Shown here one piece after another: positions 62,451 to 64,000 of a stretch of DNA of 64,000 bases. A program made the translations under genes and the position numbers. This DNA is from Rhodospirillaceae bacterium. Its GTDB lineage: Bacteria; Pseudomonadota; Alphaproteobacteria; GCA-2731375. Under the pieces are notes generated by a model. The model saw only the letters and a list, made by a program, of their open reading frames with translations. It was not told the DNA's origin and made no database searches. Every line of letters begins with the position of its first letter. Position 1 is the stretch's first letter. The DNA lies in NCBI GenBank assembly GCA_018660265.1, contig JABJKS010000057.1, forward strand, positions 66,506 to 130,505, in the 5' to 3' direction.

Positions 62451-62995
62451 AAGTCGTCCTCCAGCCTATTCATACGCCCCCACCATTCTATCATATAGGC
62501 CAGCCCCGAAGTTACTGTCGTAATAGCCACGGCCAGTATCAAAAGACTTATTATTGGCGTCAGCACGGCAAGTTCGAAACCTATACTGGCGATCACCGCA
62601 CCGGCCAGGACAATTTGCGTCGCCGTATTGATCTTTGACAGCACAAAGGGCGTCGGCTCGTACAATTGGTCCATGACGTATAGCAAAAACAAGCCGCCAA
62701 CGATTAAAATATCCCGCGAAACAACCAATATCACCAGCCATAGAGGCAAATGCTGTTGCACGCCAAGTACGATAAAGACCGAAACCAACAGGACTTTATC
62801 GGCAATGGGGTCGAGATACTGCCCCAATCGCGACTGCATATTGAAGCGTTTCGCCAGAAATCCATCTAATGCATCAGACAGGCCAGCCAGACAGAAAACC
62901 ACCAGGGCCAGACGCCAATGATCGATCATGATCAGCCAGATATTGAATGGCACAGATATCAACCGGGCCAGGGATATCATGTTAGGTAACGTCAT
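62447..62995 (-). CDS. CDP-alcohol phosphatidyltransferase (PgsA-like)
   Basis: D-G-x2-A-R...G-x3-D-x3-D motif (LSDALDGFLAKR...GQYLDPIADK). Start placed at MTLPNMISLARL. Confidence 0.75.
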   Translation of the reverse strand: MTLPNMISLARLISVPFNIWLIMIDHWRLALVVFCLAGLSDALDGFLAKRFNMQSRLGQYLDPIADKVLLVSVFIVLGVQQHLPLWLVILVVSRDILIVGGLFLLYVMDQLYEPTPFVLSKINTATQIVLAGAVIASIGFELAVLTPIISLLILAVAITTVTSGLAYMIEWWGRMNRLEDDL

Positions 62996-63963
62996 TTCGT
63001 GGTCATCCGGCCTTTTTTGGCCAGGCGCAGCTCCCAAAATCCATCGATCAGGGCAAGGTGCAGGTCGCGCTGTGCCAAAGAAACCACAAGACTGTCCGTA
63101 TCACCGAAAAAATCGATCACCACCTGGGCATCCTGGCGCGAGATGCCGTGCAAAGTGATCGAACGTACAATAGCGGTCGCTTCCAGACGCTGGCGCACCG
63201 CCAGCCACTCCGCCAACCCTCTCAAGGGGACCAGCGCGGACAAACTGGTCTCCGTCCCGAATGTCAGCTGGGTTAGACGTTTCCAATTTTCCTGCTGGTC
63301 TGTCACCAACCGCAGGGCCAGTCGATCCATGGCCCCACCTAGGTCTCTATCCAGGCCTTGGCCCACTTCAATACTATAATCCAATACTTCGGTGCTTTTA
63401 CCCCTGGGACCAAATCGCAACAGTGTAACATCTACCCGGGGCACACCGCCGGCTTGCAGATCGATGCTCAATACCGCATGGGCAACCATGATGTTCTCAA
63501 CCCCATAACGCAGGGCCATGGCGCGCAGCTGCCCCTCGTTTCCAGCCAGCGCGCCCTCGGCTGTAATGGTCGTGATGTCCTGCAAATCGCCTTTTGGCAG
63601 GCGCAACGGCAACAGGGCGGATGCGCCCAGATCCAGCCGGTCCCAGGCGGCCCGCCAGACATTGCTATCTTCGAATAGGGCCAGGGCGGCACCTTTTTCG
63701 AAAACCGGCAAAACCAGGGTTGGCTTGGCACGTGTCTCGGAATAACTGATACCGATGTTTCGCAACAATTCGCGCACAGCGGTACGGTCAAAGCGGACGG
63801 TCAGGGTCGCCAGATAACGTACGGTAGAGGTTTTTTCCCCCGTAACCTGCACCGCCGCCACCAACTGGGCGATGGCCTTATCATCAGGATTTGGTAGCGC
63901 GGGATAATCACTACGCTGCGTAATTCGCCGCAGAACAAGCGCCAAAGCCCGGCGTTGGCCCAC
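62992..63963 (-). CDS. DUF2066-domain protein; the N-terminus may extend past the window edge
   Basis: Long ORF running to within 37 bp of the window end. The reading frame stays open upstream of the first Met. Confidence 0.55.
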   Translation of the reverse strand: MGQRRALALVLRRITQRSDYPALPNPDDKAIAQLVAAVQVTGEKTSTVRYLATLTVRFDRTAVRELLRNIGISYSETRAKPTLVLPVFEKGAALALFEDSNVWRAAWDRLDLGASALLPLRLPKGDLQDITTITAEGALAGNEGQLRAMALRYGVENIMVAHAVLSIDLQAGGVPRVDVTLLRFGPRGKSTEVLDYSIEVGQGLDRDLGGAMDRLALRLVTDQQENWKRLTQLTFGTETSLSALVPLRGLAEWLAVRQRLEATAIVRSITLHGISRQDAQVVIDFFGDTDSLVVSLAQRDLHLALIDGFWELRLAKKGRMTTK

Positions 63964-64000
63964 GCGCAGGGCCTGACCACGGGCGGCCAGGGCGGACCGG

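Noticed and set aside
1-64000. Search for tRNA, rRNA, CRISPR arrays, IS elements, integrases and phage genes
   Set aside because: No tRNA-like T-arm signatures (GGTTCGAATCC-type) appear in any intergenic region. There are no regularly spaced direct repeats and no transposase or integrase ORFs. The only repeats found are the REP-like element and the three 12-bp coding tandem repeats.

Overview
This 64 kb window is a single chromosomal segment of about 57-60% GC, most likely from an alphaproteobacterium of the Rhodospirillales type. Supporting evidence includes an alphaproteobacterial multi-hairpin REP-like repeat, DUF2155-MlaD-NDUFA12 synteny, an hdaA-like gene, a thiS-thiG fusion and gatCAB together with aspS. 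I found no rRNA, tRNA, CRISPR array, transposase or integrase.

The window has two parts. Positions 1 to about 41.5 kb read as an accessory, catabolic mosaic. The genes here are two paralogous N-acyl-D-amino-acid deacylases, class I and class IV aminotransferases, a CCG-domain Fe-S oxidoreductase, a nitrilase-superfamily hydrolase, a TPP enzyme, three crotonases, a cytochrome P450 and a dimethylglycine-dehydrogenase-like flavoprotein. The list continues with a Rieske oxygenase paired with a TauD-like dioxygenase, an acyl-CoA synthetase, an orphan PAS histidine kinase, an orphan MlaF-like ATPase and a VPLPA-CTERM surface protein. It also includes an 884-aa FecR-domain secreted protein, a low-GC pentapeptide-repeat protein and a low-GC orphan gene directly downstream of thiSG. 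Positions 41.5 to 64 kb are housekeeping: aroQ-accB-accC, aat, a B12-dependent RNR (nrdJ) with tandem NrdR boxes, aspS, rnd, ppk-ppx, hda, pgsA-like and others.

The items most worth a second look are a GNAT (OlsB/FeeM/LuxI-like) acyltransferase fused to a cNMP-binding domain, the low-GC orphan ORF apparently co-transcribed with thiSG, the giant FecR-domain protein, and duplication and pseudogene scars around the VPLPA-CTERM gene. No canonical multi-gene defence or biosynthetic system is evident. The novelty candidates are single-gene or architectural oddities, and I rate them honestly as moderate.
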